NCBI GenBank assembly: GCA_000175855.1
Contig: ACYB01000002.1
Coordinates: 1 to 27,888 of the forward strand
Source: Raphidiopsis brookii D9
GTDB taxonomy: Bacteria; Cyanobacteriota; Cyanobacteriia; Cyanobacteriales; Nostocaceae
Direction of reading: 5' to 3'
DNA length: 27,888 nucleotides
Program-made: the position numbers and the translations under genes
Shown: positions 1-9,922 of the stretch, in pieces
Position numbering within the stretch: position 1 is the first letter of the stretch
Layout: each line of letters starts with the position of its first letter
The notes under the pieces: model-generated
The model's input: only the letters and a program-made list of their open reading frames with translations
Database searches by the model: none
Told to the model about the DNA's origin: nothing

Positions 1-169
1 GTGGTTGAATAAAACCACCAATTTCTAAACTTTCAGACAAAGCTCCTGCTAAAAGTGGTTGTCCTATATTGTCCACTGGTTCATCCTCTAGTTGAAAATC
101 ATCGGGTAAGGCCTCCCATGAGATAACCGGTCCCGTCTGTGATTTGCTTTCACTGAGTAGGGTTGCCAT
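1..169 (-). CDS. Uma2 family endonuclease, N-terminal part (3' end outside window)
   Basis: My minus-strand translation from ATG at 169: MATLLSESKSQTGPVISWEALPDDFQLEDEPVDNIGQPLLAGALSESLEIGGFIQP..., matching the typical start of cyanobacterial Uma2/DUF820 proteins; open to the window edge. Confidence 0.8.
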   Translation of the reverse strand, partial: MATLLSESKSQTGPVISWEALPDDFQLEDEPVDNIGQPLLAGALSESLEIGGFIQP

Positions 170-203
170 AAAAGTTACTTTTACTTGACTTATTCTTATT
201 CTA

Positions 204-1106
204 TCATCTTCTCGAATCAAATAACTGTGACGCCTTGTTGAAATCTCTAATAGCTCCTTCTTTGTCACCTAGGTCATTGCGAGTTGCTCCCCGATTATTG
301 TAGGCTTGAGCAAAGTTAGGATTAATTTGGATAGCTTGAGTAAAATCACTGATTGCACCCTGCTTATCTCCCATATTATGACGAGCAAGTCCCCGATTAT
401 TATAGGCTTGAGCAAAGTTAGGACTAATTTGGATAGCTTGAGTAAAATCATTGATTGCACCTTGCCTGTCTCCCATGTCGTAGCGGGCAATTCCCCGATT
501 GTTGTAGGCAGTAGGATCTCTATAATCAAGTCTCAGACTCTGAGTAAAATCACTGATTGCACCTTGCTTATCTCCCAGGTTATGACGGGCAAGTCCCCGG
601 TTGTAGTAGGGTTGAGCAAAGTTAGGATTAAGGTTAATAACGGTGGTAAAATCATTGATTGCCCCGTGTTTATCACCTAAGTCACTGCGACTTGCTCCTC
701 GGTTGTAATAGGCAGCAACATTGTTAGGATTGAGTTTAATAACCTGAGTAAAATCACTGATTGCTCTCTGCTTATCTCCCAATTCATGCCAGGCAATTCC
801 TCGGTTAAAATAAGCTAAGCTATTACGGGGATAAAAATTGATAAATTGACTAAAATCATTGATTGCACCCTGCTTATCTCCTAAGTCATTGCGGGTTGCT
901 CCCCGGTTGTAGTAGGGTTGAGCAAAGTTAGGATTAAGGTTAATAGCTTGAGTAAAATCACTGATTGCACCCTGCTTATCTCCCAATTGGTAGCGGTTAA
1001 CTCCGCGATCATTATAAGCAATAGCACCATTACTTAGATTAACATTATTTGGATTAATTGGATTAGGCTGGCGATTTATGGAACCGTAGGGTTTACTTGC
1101 TGATTG
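204..1106 (-). CDS. Tetratricopeptide repeat domain, probably the C-terminal part of the upstream serine protease gene, separated by a frameshift
   Basis: 34-aa TPR units (GDKQGAISDFTQAI..NPN.A.AYNNRG) repeated through 204..986. The same frame stays open upstream of the called TTG start to about 1106 and overlaps the protease ORF. Confidence 0.85.
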   Translation of the reverse strand, partial: QSASKPYGSINRQPNPINPNNVNLSNGAIAYNDRGVNRYQLGDKQGAISDFTQAINLNPNFAQPYYNRGATRNDLGDKQGAINDFSQFINFYPRNSLAYFNRGIAWHELGDKQRAISDFTQVIKLNPNNVAAYYNRGASRSDLGDKHGAINDFTTVINLNPNFAQPYYNRGLARHNLGDKQGAISDFTQSLRLDYRDPTAYNNRGIARYDMGDRQGAINDFTQAIQISPNFAQAYNNRGLARHNMGDKQGAISDFTQAIQINPNFAQAYNNRGATRNDLGDKEGAIRDFNKASQLFDSRR

Positions 1107-1957
1107 AAATTGCTAAGGGAGAAAAAGATATTAATTGGAATGCCCGCATTAAAACCAGTTTTCTGTGTTGGTTTCACACCATTTACTGTTTCCGATTGAT
1201 TGTTATTATTGGTCTCCCCATCATCAGTATCTGCCAATCCGTGAATGCCAATTACTCTTCCATAAATATCAAATACAGGACCGCCGCTATTTCCGATAAA
1301 TGTCGTGGCATTATATACCAGTCCGTATCCCCGATCAGAATTAGGAATAAAAGTAACTACTTTTCCATTGGTGATAGTAAAAGTCCTTTGTTTGCCGACT
1401 CTACCAAAAATAGTGGGAAATCCTGCAACCAAAATATCTGATTGTATTTTGACATTATCAGAATTTCCCAATGGTGCAATCTGATAGTTTTCCCTAGATT
1501 CAAATCTTATTATTGCTAGGTCTGGATCTTGGACATTTATTTGCAGACTTTGACGGTACTTCATAGGATATTCTTTACCATCATAGGTTACAACAGTATA
1601 ATTCGAGTCTGTTCGGCAGCGAATTTTTATTGTACCTAGGTTATCACATACAACATGGTTTGCGGTGAGTACGGTGTAAATTGTTCCTTCTTTTTTGATA
1701 ATTACACCTGATCCACCAGGGTTGGCATTACTGTTGATTTGAACTGTAGTCTTCCTGGCTATATCCTCAATTCCTGTTGTTGTTTGTGCTGAGGTTGATG
1801 AGGTTGACACAGATATAAGCACAAATAGGGATAGATTTGCAACATATATCTTATTTTTAAGTATTTTATACATTATCCCATTATCCTCCTCCAGGTTTTG
1901 TGGACTAACACTGGCTAGAATGCATGTTAACTGTGTATTACAAAAAGTGTAACACAC
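1076..1957 (-). CDS. Secreted/periplasmic trypsin-like serine protease domain
   Basis: Signal-like N-terminus and S1 protease motifs: TVLTANHVVC (His), DLAIIRFES (Asp), FIGNSGGPVFD (Ser). Confidence 0.85.
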   Translation of the reverse strand: MCYTFCNTQLTCILASVSPQNLEEDNGIMYKILKNKIYVANLSLFVLISVSTSSTSAQTTTGIEDIARKTTVQINSNANPGGSGVIIKKEGTIYTVLTANHVVCDNLGTIKIRCRTDSNYTVVTYDGKEYPMKYRQSLQINVQDPDLAIIRFESRENYQIAPLGNSDNVKIQSDILVAGFPTIFGRVGKQRTFTITNGKVVTFIPNSDRGYGLVYNATTFIGNSGGPVFDIYGRVIGIHGLADTDDGETNNNNQSETVNGVKPTQKTGFNAGIPINIFFSLSNFNQQVNPTVP

Positions 1958-1994
1958 AGTTTTGCGATGACCGATAAATCAGAAGTAAGCTCCG

Positions 1995-2909
1995 TTAGAA
2001 ACCTTGACGATAGCCAACAGCAAAGCTGAAGGAATTATAAGGACCAATATCTACTTGGACTGGTATGTTATTGACTATAAGTTTCTCTTTAGCACCATAA
2101 CTTGAAATGCTGGAATATTTCAGTTCACCAAAAACATTTCCTTTTTTGGTAATTTCATATTGTACACCAGCTTTCAGCTGATAGGCAAAAGAATCGCCAT
2201 CAGAATCGTCGCTATTACCATTAGGGTACTTTATCTTACCTCTAATAAAACCTAAACCAAGACCACCACCAACATAAGGGCGGAATTTAGAACCTGTGGG
2301 GATATCATAGTAGCCATTTATTAGAATAGTAGTGGCACTCAAATTACCAGATATCAACTGTGACGAACCATTAATAGCAGTTACTTCCTTTGCACTAAAA
2401 AATTGGTTACCGACTTCTAATTCAGCCCTTACCTGTTCAAACTGATAACCAGCTGCTCCATTGAATGAAAAGGCACCATTAGAACTTACGCTTGCCACTT
2501 TAATACCTAGCGCCTTTAAATCCACATCACTTTGAGAACCAAAACCACCACTAAGACTCCCATACCAGTAATTACTCGCAGGTAGGTCAGGATTAATATC
2601 TCCACCTATATACAAAGGAGTAGAAGGGTTAGTGGTGGGGGATACTGGTGTAAATCCAGGATCGGAAGAAGGAGTAGAAGGGTCCGTGGTGGGAGATGTT
2701 GGTGTAACTCCAGGATCGGAAGAAGGAGTAGAAGGGTTAGTGGTGGGAGATGTTGGTGTAACTCCAGGATCGGAAGATTGAGCTAGCAGATTAGCACTAC
2801 CCCCTATTAAATCAGTAGCTTTGGTGGAAACTTCCTCAGCTTTGACGGATGTAGTAAAAGCTAGACTAGCCACTACAGCGGGAAACAACAGATATAGATA
2901 AGATTTCAT
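1995..2909 (-). CDS. Outer membrane beta-barrel (OmpA/surface-antigen-like) protein with Pro/Ser/Thr-rich linker
   Basis: Signal peptide MKSYLYLLFPAVVASLAFTTSVKAEE; barrel-like C-terminus with YVGGGLGLGFIRG and terminal SFAVGYRQGF ending in an aromatic residue. Confidence 0.75.
   Translation of the reverse strand: MKSYLYLLFPAVVASLAFTTSVKAEEVSTKATDLIGGSANLLAQSSDPGVTPTSPTTNPSTPSSDPGVTPTSPTTDPSTPSSDPGFTPVSPTTNPSTPLYIGGDINPDLPASNYWYGSLSGGFGSQSDVDLKALGIKVASVSSNGAFSFNGAAGYQFEQVRAELEVGNQFFSAKEVTAINGSSQLISGNLSATTILINGYYDIPTGSKFRPYVGGGLGLGFIRGKIKYPNGNSDDSDGDSFAYQLKAGVQYEITKKGNVFGELKYSSISSYGAKEKLIVNNIPVQVDIGPYNSFSFAVGYRQGF
2617..2777 (-). repeat. 54-bp coding tandem repeat (about 3 copies) encoding SSDPGVTPTSPTTNPSTP
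   Basis: GGAGTAGAAGGG recurs at 2617, 2671 and 2725, an exact 54-bp period. Confidence 0.85.
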
Positions 2910-3200
2910 AATTAGTAGCGTTAATTTTCACAGAGAGTAAACAAAAGCACTCTAAGTAATTATGAAACCTAATTTCATGTACCTAAAGATAGATATTTGC
3001 TCCCGGATAAAATCTAGTTTTATCTATCCAAAGATAGATATTTGCGCTCAGATATTTAAACTGGTAATATATTTGGCGAGCCGAAACTAAGCGATTAGCT
3101 TTTTAGCCCCAGCTAAAAAACCAAATTGTTGTACAAGTTATTATAATTTAAGCTAAATTACATTGCTTTAAGACTTAGCGTGGAACAGCAGGAAAGTGTA

Positions 3201-3905
3201 TCACTTATTGCCCACTAAATCGGAGGCGATAGCACACCAAATTTGCAAGAAGGTACCACGATTTAGTTTCCCACGTTCTTGACCAGGAAACAATGAATCA
3301 AATTTTCTATAGGTTTCTTTTCTTACCTCTTCCAAGGAGCGATACTTACCTAATTTACCAGCTTTTGCCAATCTATTCCAACGCTGCAAATCTTGTTGAC
3401 TATAGCTACCCATTTTCTTCCGCGCACTTTGACTAAGATTAGCCTGTTCAATTTTCCATAATAGTTCATCTGCTTTATTATTCCACTCTTTTCTTAAAGC
3501 TCTATCCCCCGCTGTATCTCGCAGAGATCTGTTCTTTAATTCCGGTCTGGAAGTATAAAATGTTTCATCAACTGTCTTAATAAAAAATCTTCGAGAAATC
3601 TCCAATTGCTGTAACCGGGTGAATACATTCTCAATACTACGTTGACTCCGACCAAAGGGAAGAGAAGGAACAGAGGGAAATTGGGGAATTTCCACTTTGG
3701 GTAAACTAACCGATGTCAAAGTTTTAACTAAGAAGTTGCCAAAAGACCACAGACCAGCACCGGTTAAACCAATTCCCGTAGTAATAATGAAAGTCATAGC
3801 AAATGGACGCAACCATAAAGGCATGTGTATCTTATTAATAACAGCTTGAGTAGTTACATAAATGGTTCTTCCTGGTGCTGCTATCAAGGTTTTCAATTTA
3901 GTCAT
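3201..3905 (-). CDS. Hypothetical protein with one predicted transmembrane segment
   Basis: 234-aa ORF; hydrophobic stretch LRPFAMTFIITTGIGLTGAGLWSFG; no family recognised. Confidence 0.6.
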   Translation of the reverse strand: MTKLKTLIAAPGRTIYVTTQAVINKIHMPLWLRPFAMTFIITTGIGLTGAGLWSFGNFLVKTLTSVSLPKVEIPQFPSVPSLPFGRSQRSIENVFTRLQQLEISRRFFIKTVDETFYTSRPELKNRSLRDTAGDRALRKEWNNKADELLWKIEQANLSQSARKKMGSYSQQDLQRWNRLAKAGKLGKYRSLEEVRKETYRKFDSLFPGQERGKLNRGTFLQIWCAIASDLVGNK

Positions 3906-3946
3906 GGGAGGACTATTTTGAATGTGGTGAGAATTAATCGGTTTTA

Positions 3947-4915
3947 TTATATTTTCCCTAAACTATTTGATAATTTATTACTTGGTCGAATTAAAGCAAA
4001 CTTTAATAAGTCTTTTATAACTTGATCAGCTTCTTGATAGCGATCGCTTGGTTTATATGCCAACATTTTTTTCAAGACTGATTCCAACTGAGGACTAACC
4101 TGAATTCTAGTACCCCAATACCAAGTACCATGATGACTATCATAAAGTGACTGAGGATCTTGACCATTAATTAAAACCAAAGCAGTTACTGCCAAAGAAT
4201 ATAAATCGCTACTTTTAAAGACCTTTCCTGCGATTAACTGTTCCTCTGGTGCATATCCCTTTTTACCTAACAAGGTACCATTTCCCACGAGATTAGTTTG
4301 CCACAAACCTTGATAAGCTGGTAATTGTTTAACACCTCCAAAATCAATTAACACTGGTAAATTATCACTTTGGCGGAGAATCAAATTATCGGGGGAGATA
4401 TCGCGGTGGACTATATCTAAGGAATGAATATAGCTCAAAACGGGCAAAATATTTTCTAATAGGGTAATAACTTCCACCTCGGTGAAAGATATCCCTTGTT
4501 TTTGTAGTTGTTGAGATAGTTGGTGATAGTTAACACCTTCCACATAATCTTGAACTAAAAAGAAAAAATCTTTACTGCCTATTTTTACCTGTATAAACTC
4601 ATGGAGTTCAGGAATTTGTGGGTGATGGATTTTTCTAAGTACACCTGCTTCCCGTTGAAATAATTCCCGAGCTTTTTGCAGATCTTCCGGTTGAGATAGC
4701 TGAGGTGCAAATTCCTTCAAAACACATTTTTGACCATTCTTTTGTTTATCCATAGCCAAATAGGTTCGACCAAATCCACCCTGTCCCAATATGTGTAGGA
4801 TTTGATAGCGATTGTTGATTATCCTTTCTGAGGATAAAGGTAATGATTCCCCACACTGAGTACAAAAACGATGATTACTTTGATTCAGGTGTTGTTGGCT
4901 ACAATATACATACAT
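3947..4915 (-). CDS. Serine/threonine protein kinase with N-terminal zinc-ribbon-like motif
   Basis: CSQQHLNQSNHRFCTQCG; GQGGFGRTYLA; CVLKEF; HRDISPDNLILR; DFGGVK. Confidence 0.9.
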   Translation of the reverse strand: MYVYCSQQHLNQSNHRFCTQCGESLPLSSERIINNRYQILHILGQGGFGRTYLAMDKQKNGQKCVLKEFAPQLSQPEDLQKARELFQREAGVLRKIHHPQIPELHEFIQVKIGSKDFFFLVQDYVEGVNYHQLSQQLQKQGISFTEVEVITLLENILPVLSYIHSLDIVHRDISPDNLILRQSDNLPVLIDFGGVKQLPAYQGLWQTNLVGNGTLLGKKGYAPEEQLIAGKVFKSSDLYSLAVTALVLINGQDPQSLYDSHHGTWYWGTRIQVSPQLESVLKKMLAYKPSDRYQEADQVIKDLLKFALIRPSNKLSNSLGKI

Positions 4916-5190
4916 ACATGGTAAAATCAGTCAATCATCAACAAATAGTAATTTAGTAAATTGTAATTTACCTTGAATTTTAAGGACAGGGCGAATCCGG
5001 ATGCATGATCAACAAGGAATAATCAGGCGATCGCCTTTCTCCAATGCTTAATAAAACGTAATAAAAACAAGCAAGTAAAATGCTTGCCAAGTAGATTCGG
5101 GTAGTGTTATGCTCATACAGCATCATTATCTGACTAAGTTTATAACATTTTAACTCTATAACATTCAGACAAATTAAAGAAAGGAATAAA

Positions 5191-8100
5191 ATGACCTTCA
5201 CATCAGGACAGTTACAAATTGTCAGAAATAGCCAAGACGAAAAAATTCGTGTGGAAGCATTACGGCAATTGTTAGGATATCCGGTGAAAGAACTGGATCG
5301 GGAAGGTTCACGGTTTTGGTATTTACGTCCTGGTAATGATGAAGAGGAAGCAGCGGAAACTTGCCCTATTGCAGTAGGTTTTTATAGAGAACTGGTGTCT
5401 TTAAGTGAATTAGAGGCTAAAAGATTTTTCACTGAGGAAGCGCAACAAAAAGATATTTACGGTCATTACATCAGTCGAGTAGCTGAGGAACAACCCGTCA
5501 TGTATCTAATTTTACCCAATGGGTCATCTGGTAGGATTTCTTTAATCCTTCCTGGAGAAGGTAAATTGCGTCAGCAACAAATTCAAACTTTTAGTTATGA
5601 TGATGAGCAGTTACTGTCTAGACTAAAAAGAATTACACAAGACGAAATATTTATTGCTACTAAAGCACTGATGTCTGTTCCTTTAGTGGAATGGGTGTTT
5701 TATGAACCAATCAAGACCGCCAAGGAGTTGGCCCTAAAATTAGCACAAGCAGCTCGTCAGATTGAGCAGGTAATACCTATCGCTTACAAGCAAGAACGGG
5801 AAGATGGATATTTACATACATTACTTAAAAGTTTTCAGCGGGAATTATTACCTTCTCTTAAACTGAGTTCAGATCATGAAAAAGATTATAGTTTTGCCGA
5901 CATTTATGCCCAAACTATTGCCTATGCTTTGTTTACTGCCAGAGTGTTTGGATATGTGAGAGATAAAAGAGCAGGAAGGACACAAGAAACCTTATTTGAT
6001 AGAGAATCAGCTTGGCAACAATTACCCGAAACTAATCCCTTTCTACGTAAGCTGTTTCAGGATGTTTCTGAACGCAGTGCTGAGAAATTGGGTGATGATT
6101 TGATAGGAGCAATTTCTGATATTTTCGTTATTCTTCGTACTACTAAGATGGATGCGATTCTGTCAGATTTTGAGATGAAAATGAACCGGGAGGATATTGT
6201 AATTCGGTTCTATGAAGATTTCTTAGCAGCATATAAACCCCAAATGCGAGAACGACGGGGGTTTATTACACACCCGAACCCGTGGTTTCTTACATGGTGC
6301 GTTCTGTAGATATTTTGGTGAAAGAAAAGTTTAATAAACCCTTGGGTTTAGCAGATCCAGAGGTGATGATTCTTGACCCTGCTTGTGGTACTGGTACGTT
6401 TTTATTATGGATTTGTCAACTTATTTATCAACGGTTTCAGGAGTCACCTGCAGCACTGACGGAAGGCTTAGTTGACAAATCTTGGTCTGGGTATGTTGAG
6501 GAGCGGTTGCTACCTAGAATATTTGGTTTTGAGCTGTTAATGTCTCCCTATGCGATCGCCCATCTGAAAATAGGTTTGTTTTTGCAAGAAACTGGTTATA
6601 AGTTTGATGGTGGTAAACGATTAGGGGTTTATTTAATTAATACTTTAGAGGATATTACGTTAAGGGAAGAAACCCAGCAATTAAGTTTAAATATCCCCCA
6701 GATGGAACAATTAATTGCTGAAGAGGCGAAAGCGGGGGCTAGGGTTAAGAAAGAGGAACCGATTATGGTGGTAATTGGGAATCCTCCCTATTCGGGACAT
6801 TCGGAAAATAACAATCCTTGGATTAAGGAGTTAGTTAATCATTATTACTTTGTAGATGGTAAACCATTAGGTGAGAAAAACCCCAAGTGGTTACAGGATG
6901 ATTATGTTAAATTTATTCGTTTTGGTCAGTGGAGAATTGATCAGTCAGGTCAAGGGATATTAGCTTTTATTAGTAACCATGGATTTTTAGATAACCCCAC
7001 ATTTAGGGGAATGCGTCAGCATTTGATTGATAGTTTTAATGGTATTTATATTTATGATTTGCATGGGAATAGTAAGAAGAAGGAAAGTGATATTGATGGT
7101 GGTAAGGATGAAAATGTTTTTGATATTCAACAGGGTGTTACTATTAGTTTGGCAATTAAAGCAGAAGATAAGTATATTAATCATTCTCACTTATATGGTT
7201 TAAGGGAATATAAATATAATACCTTGACTGAAAATACAGTTAATACTACTAAGTTTTCTGAGGTTAAACCAAAGTCTGAGTTTTATTTATTAATTCCTCA
7301 AGATACATATTTATTTGCAGAGTATGGGCAGTTTTTAAAAATTACTGATATTATGCAAGAATATTCTTTAGGATGTCTTACTAAGAGAGATAAACTGGTT
7401 ATTAATTATTCATTTAAGGAAATCAAAGATAACATAGTAAAATTTCTAGACAGCAATAAAAGTGATCAAGAAGTAGTTGATATCTTTGGATTACAATTAT
7501 TTGATAAAGATAAATGGAATGCTTCTACAGCTAGAGAATGTATCACAGATCAAGAAATAGAAACTTATATTAAGCAAGAAATATTTAGACCATTTGATCA
7601 AAGGTTTATCTTTTACCATCAAGAATTTGTGGCACGATTAAATTATCGTGTTATGCAACATTTTCTATATCTGAATTATGGCATAGTCTTGGGAAGACAA
7701 GGAGCAGCAATAGGATCAACTTATTGGGATGTCATTTTTATTTGTAATTTAATTATAGATCAAAATATTTTTCGTAGAGGTGGAGGAACTGTTTTTCCCC
7801 TTTACCTCTACCCCGACACAAATCAACCGCAAGAACTGCAACAAAAAAAACGCCCCAACTTTTCAGAAAAGTTCCTCAAAAAAATAGAAATAAACCTGGG
7901 TTATCTCCCCACACCAGAAACCATATTCTACTATATCTATGCCATCTTCCACTCCCCCACCTACCGCACACGCTACGCTGAATTTCTGAAAATAGACTTC
8001 CCCCGCGTTCCCCTCACCAGAAACAATAACCTATTTTGTCAACTTGCAGAATGTGGAGAACAATTAGTAGCCCTGCACCTCATGAAATCACCCAAATTAA

Positions 8101-8408
8101 ATAACCTTATCACCCAATTTACCCCAAATGGAGGTAATTCAATAGTAGATGCGGGATATCCTAAATATACCCAAAATGCAGTATTAATCAACAAAAAAGG
8201 TGACAAATTTTTGGGAGTACCCGAAGAAGTTTGGAACTTTTATATAGGAGGTTATCAAGTTTGTCAAAAATGGCTCAAGGATCGTAAGGGACGCACCCTA
8301 AGTGATGATGATATCCAACAGTACCAGAAAATTGTGGTAGCACTCCAGCAAACCATAGCAACTATGACCAGTATTGACACAGTAATTCCAGAATGGCCCA
8401 TTTACTAA
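5191..8408 (+). CDS. N6-adenine DNA methyltransferase with type-ISP-like C-terminal region; one gene split by a frameshift into ORFs 5191..6309 and 6282..8408
   Basis: Motif I DPACGTGTFLL, motif IV NPPYSG and a C-terminal target-recognition-like region. Adding one G to the run at 6257-6261 restores RRGVYYTPEPVVSYMVRSVD across the two ORFs. Confidence 0.85.
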
Positions 8409-8422
8409 ATAACTAACCATGA

Positions 8423-8785
8423 TAGAAAACTACGACAGTCAAGAATCAGAACGCATCATCGGTCAAATTGCAATAAACCTAGACCACCTACCTACACCCT
8501 TAAGGGTTTAAACCTCATGATTACGAACTTTATAACAAAAACCTAATGAGTCGTAAAGGTGGTGACTTCCAAGTAGACTTTAATCGTTATGGAGGACCAG
8601 ATTTAGTAATTATTGATGAAGCACATGAAGGTATCCCTAATTATAGAAACCGTATTCACCAAACCTGTTTACAAATTCAACAGAGCGATCGCCTGTATTC
8701 AATTCAAGATAATCAACAAGAGCTAGATCTGGGGATCCTAGAATATGGAGTAACCTCATTGGTAGCCCTTATGAGGTGGAAGTAG
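8423..8785 (+). pseudogene. Disrupted small gene (gene A) with a DEAH-like motif (DLVIIDEAHEG)
   Basis: MIENYDSQESERIIGQIAINLDHLPTPLR ends at a stop; the reading continues in another frame as FKPHDYELYNKNLMSRKGGDFQVDFNRYGGPDLVIIDEAHEG... One extra base in the GGG near 8495 explains both. The 3' end is replaced by gene B sequence at 8760/8761. Confidence 0.5.
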
Positions 8786-9534
8786 AAAAGGATCTAACTA
8801 TTAGAAAACAACTGCTAGACGTCATAATCATTAAGAGATATAAAGACAGCGGATTCAATCTCTATCCAGCAGGTTTAGAAAACATGTCTAAACATAACCT
8901 GATCAGCTATAAGTCCATCCATGAATCATTCACGGTTTGGTCACTAATGGAATTAATAGGACACTACGTCAATTATCGGAAACAAACAAGTAAATCCTTG
9001 TCGAATCTGCTACCAGAGAAGGATTACAAACTATATGGATTAACAACCCACGAACCGACCCAACTAATGGGGAAATTAAAATGGAAAAGTGTCAGTCAAG
9101 GGGTTTATGATATAGAATGTGTTGGTATGAACGTTAGACTGATAGTGCTTTCCAAAATACCCAAAAGTGCCAACAATGAGTTGTGGAGACTGTTTAGTGC
9201 GAAAGCAGAAGTGGTAGAAGAAGCGATTAGCCATTATCAAGAAAGTTACCGCAACAGTGAGTATAGTGTACTAATGCAACAACTGTATGAGTTTTACTTA
9301 AAGGAGAAACTGCCAATGACGTATACATTAAAGCAATTTAAAAAAGATTTTGTAATAAGTCACTTGAGAGAGATACCGACTGAAGAGGTATTAAAGCAAT
9401 ATTCTCCAGAAGAGGTGTTAAAGCAATATTCTCTTCAGGACCTCTTAGAAGGACTTTCACCAGAGACTCTGGAGCGCTTGGCAATTATTCTGTCTCAATT
9501 GGGTGTCAACCAAATAAAAAATCAGGAGCAATGA
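8776..9534 (+). CDS. Hypothetical protein of a cyanobacterial PD-(D/E)XK-like family, copy 1, N-terminally truncated
   Basis: Nearly identical to the copy at 9923..10875 but lacks the MVSKKPKPRKKNSSQNPNRDWHRLLGMFITVHF segment; starts at an internal GTG. Confidence 0.65.
   Translation: MEVEKDLTIRKQLLDVIIIKRYKDSGFNLYPAGLENMSKHNLISYKSIHESFTVWSLMELIGHYVNYRKQTSKSLSNLLPEKDYKLYGLTTHEPTQLMGKLKWKSVSQGVYDIECVGMNVRLIVLSKIPKSANNELWRLFSAKAEVVEEAISHYQESYRNSEYSVLMQQLYEFYLKEKLPMTYTLKQFKKDFVISHLREIPTEEVLKQYSPEEVLKQYSLQDLLEGLSPETLERLAIILSQLGVNQIKNQEQ
9382..9435 (+). repeat. 2 copies of a 27-bp repeat encoding EEVLKQYSP/L
   Basis: gaagaggtattaaagcaatattctcca followed by gaagaggtgttaaagcaatattctctt. Confidence 0.9.
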
Positions 9535-9765
9535 TATTGGGATGTTAAGATTTTTTCAATCTCTCTTATAAGCTTTTCTGTGTTTAGATAGATGGTTTTT
9601 TGCTGGTATAATTCACCGGGCGATCGCTTAATTACTTAAATTCCCTATCATACAATCTAGTTGTACAAAAGCTAAAACGGGCGTTATTGTATAATCAGTG
9701 CAATGCGATCTCGCAAGTGCGAAGGGAAATTATGAAAGTGGTTAAAAGAGCGCCTCCAATTTAAC

Positions 9766-9842
9766 ATAATCAACAAGAGCTGGATCTGGGGATGCTAGAA
9801 TATGGAGTAACCTCATTCAATCGAATTGGTAACAAATTAGTG
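9766..9842 (+). pseudogene. 3' fragment of gene A (…QQELDLGMLEYGVTSFNRIGNKLV*)
   Basis: 9766..9817 matches 8709..8760 almost exactly; here it continues to a natural-looking stop just before the second gene B copy. Confidence 0.65.
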
Positions 9843-9922
9843 TAAAAATTTCTGATACCATATTGACATGGGGTAATTAACTCAACCCACACTTAATAAG
9901 AAGATATGCCAATAGTCCAGTC

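Larger units (their letters stand above)
8709..9650 (+). repeat. Left unit of a large tandem duplication (partner 9766..10985)
   Basis: Offset 1057 bp before and 1264 bp after a 207-bp deletion at 8760/8761; similarity continues past the stop codons to attcaccgggcgatcgcttaattactta. Confidence 0.85.

Noticed and set aside
269-680. ORFs 269..529 (-) and 306..680 (+) inside the TPR gene
   Set aside because: Alternative frames of a repetitive TPR sequence; the periodic pattern explains them.
1097-1441. ORF on + strand opposite the serine protease
   Set aside because: Antisense to a clear protease domain; no recognisable motif.
2984-3048. Short direct repeat aaagatagatatttgc at about 2984 and 3030
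   Set aside because: Only two AT-rich copies; too weak to assign a function.
4980-5201. 73-aa ORF upstream of the methylase
   Set aside because: Low-complexity hydrophobic translation in an intergenic region with a HIP1 site; nothing supports coding.
6987-7190. 67-aa ORF antisense to the methylase
   Set aside because: Low-complexity Asn/Ile/Thr-rich antisense translation.
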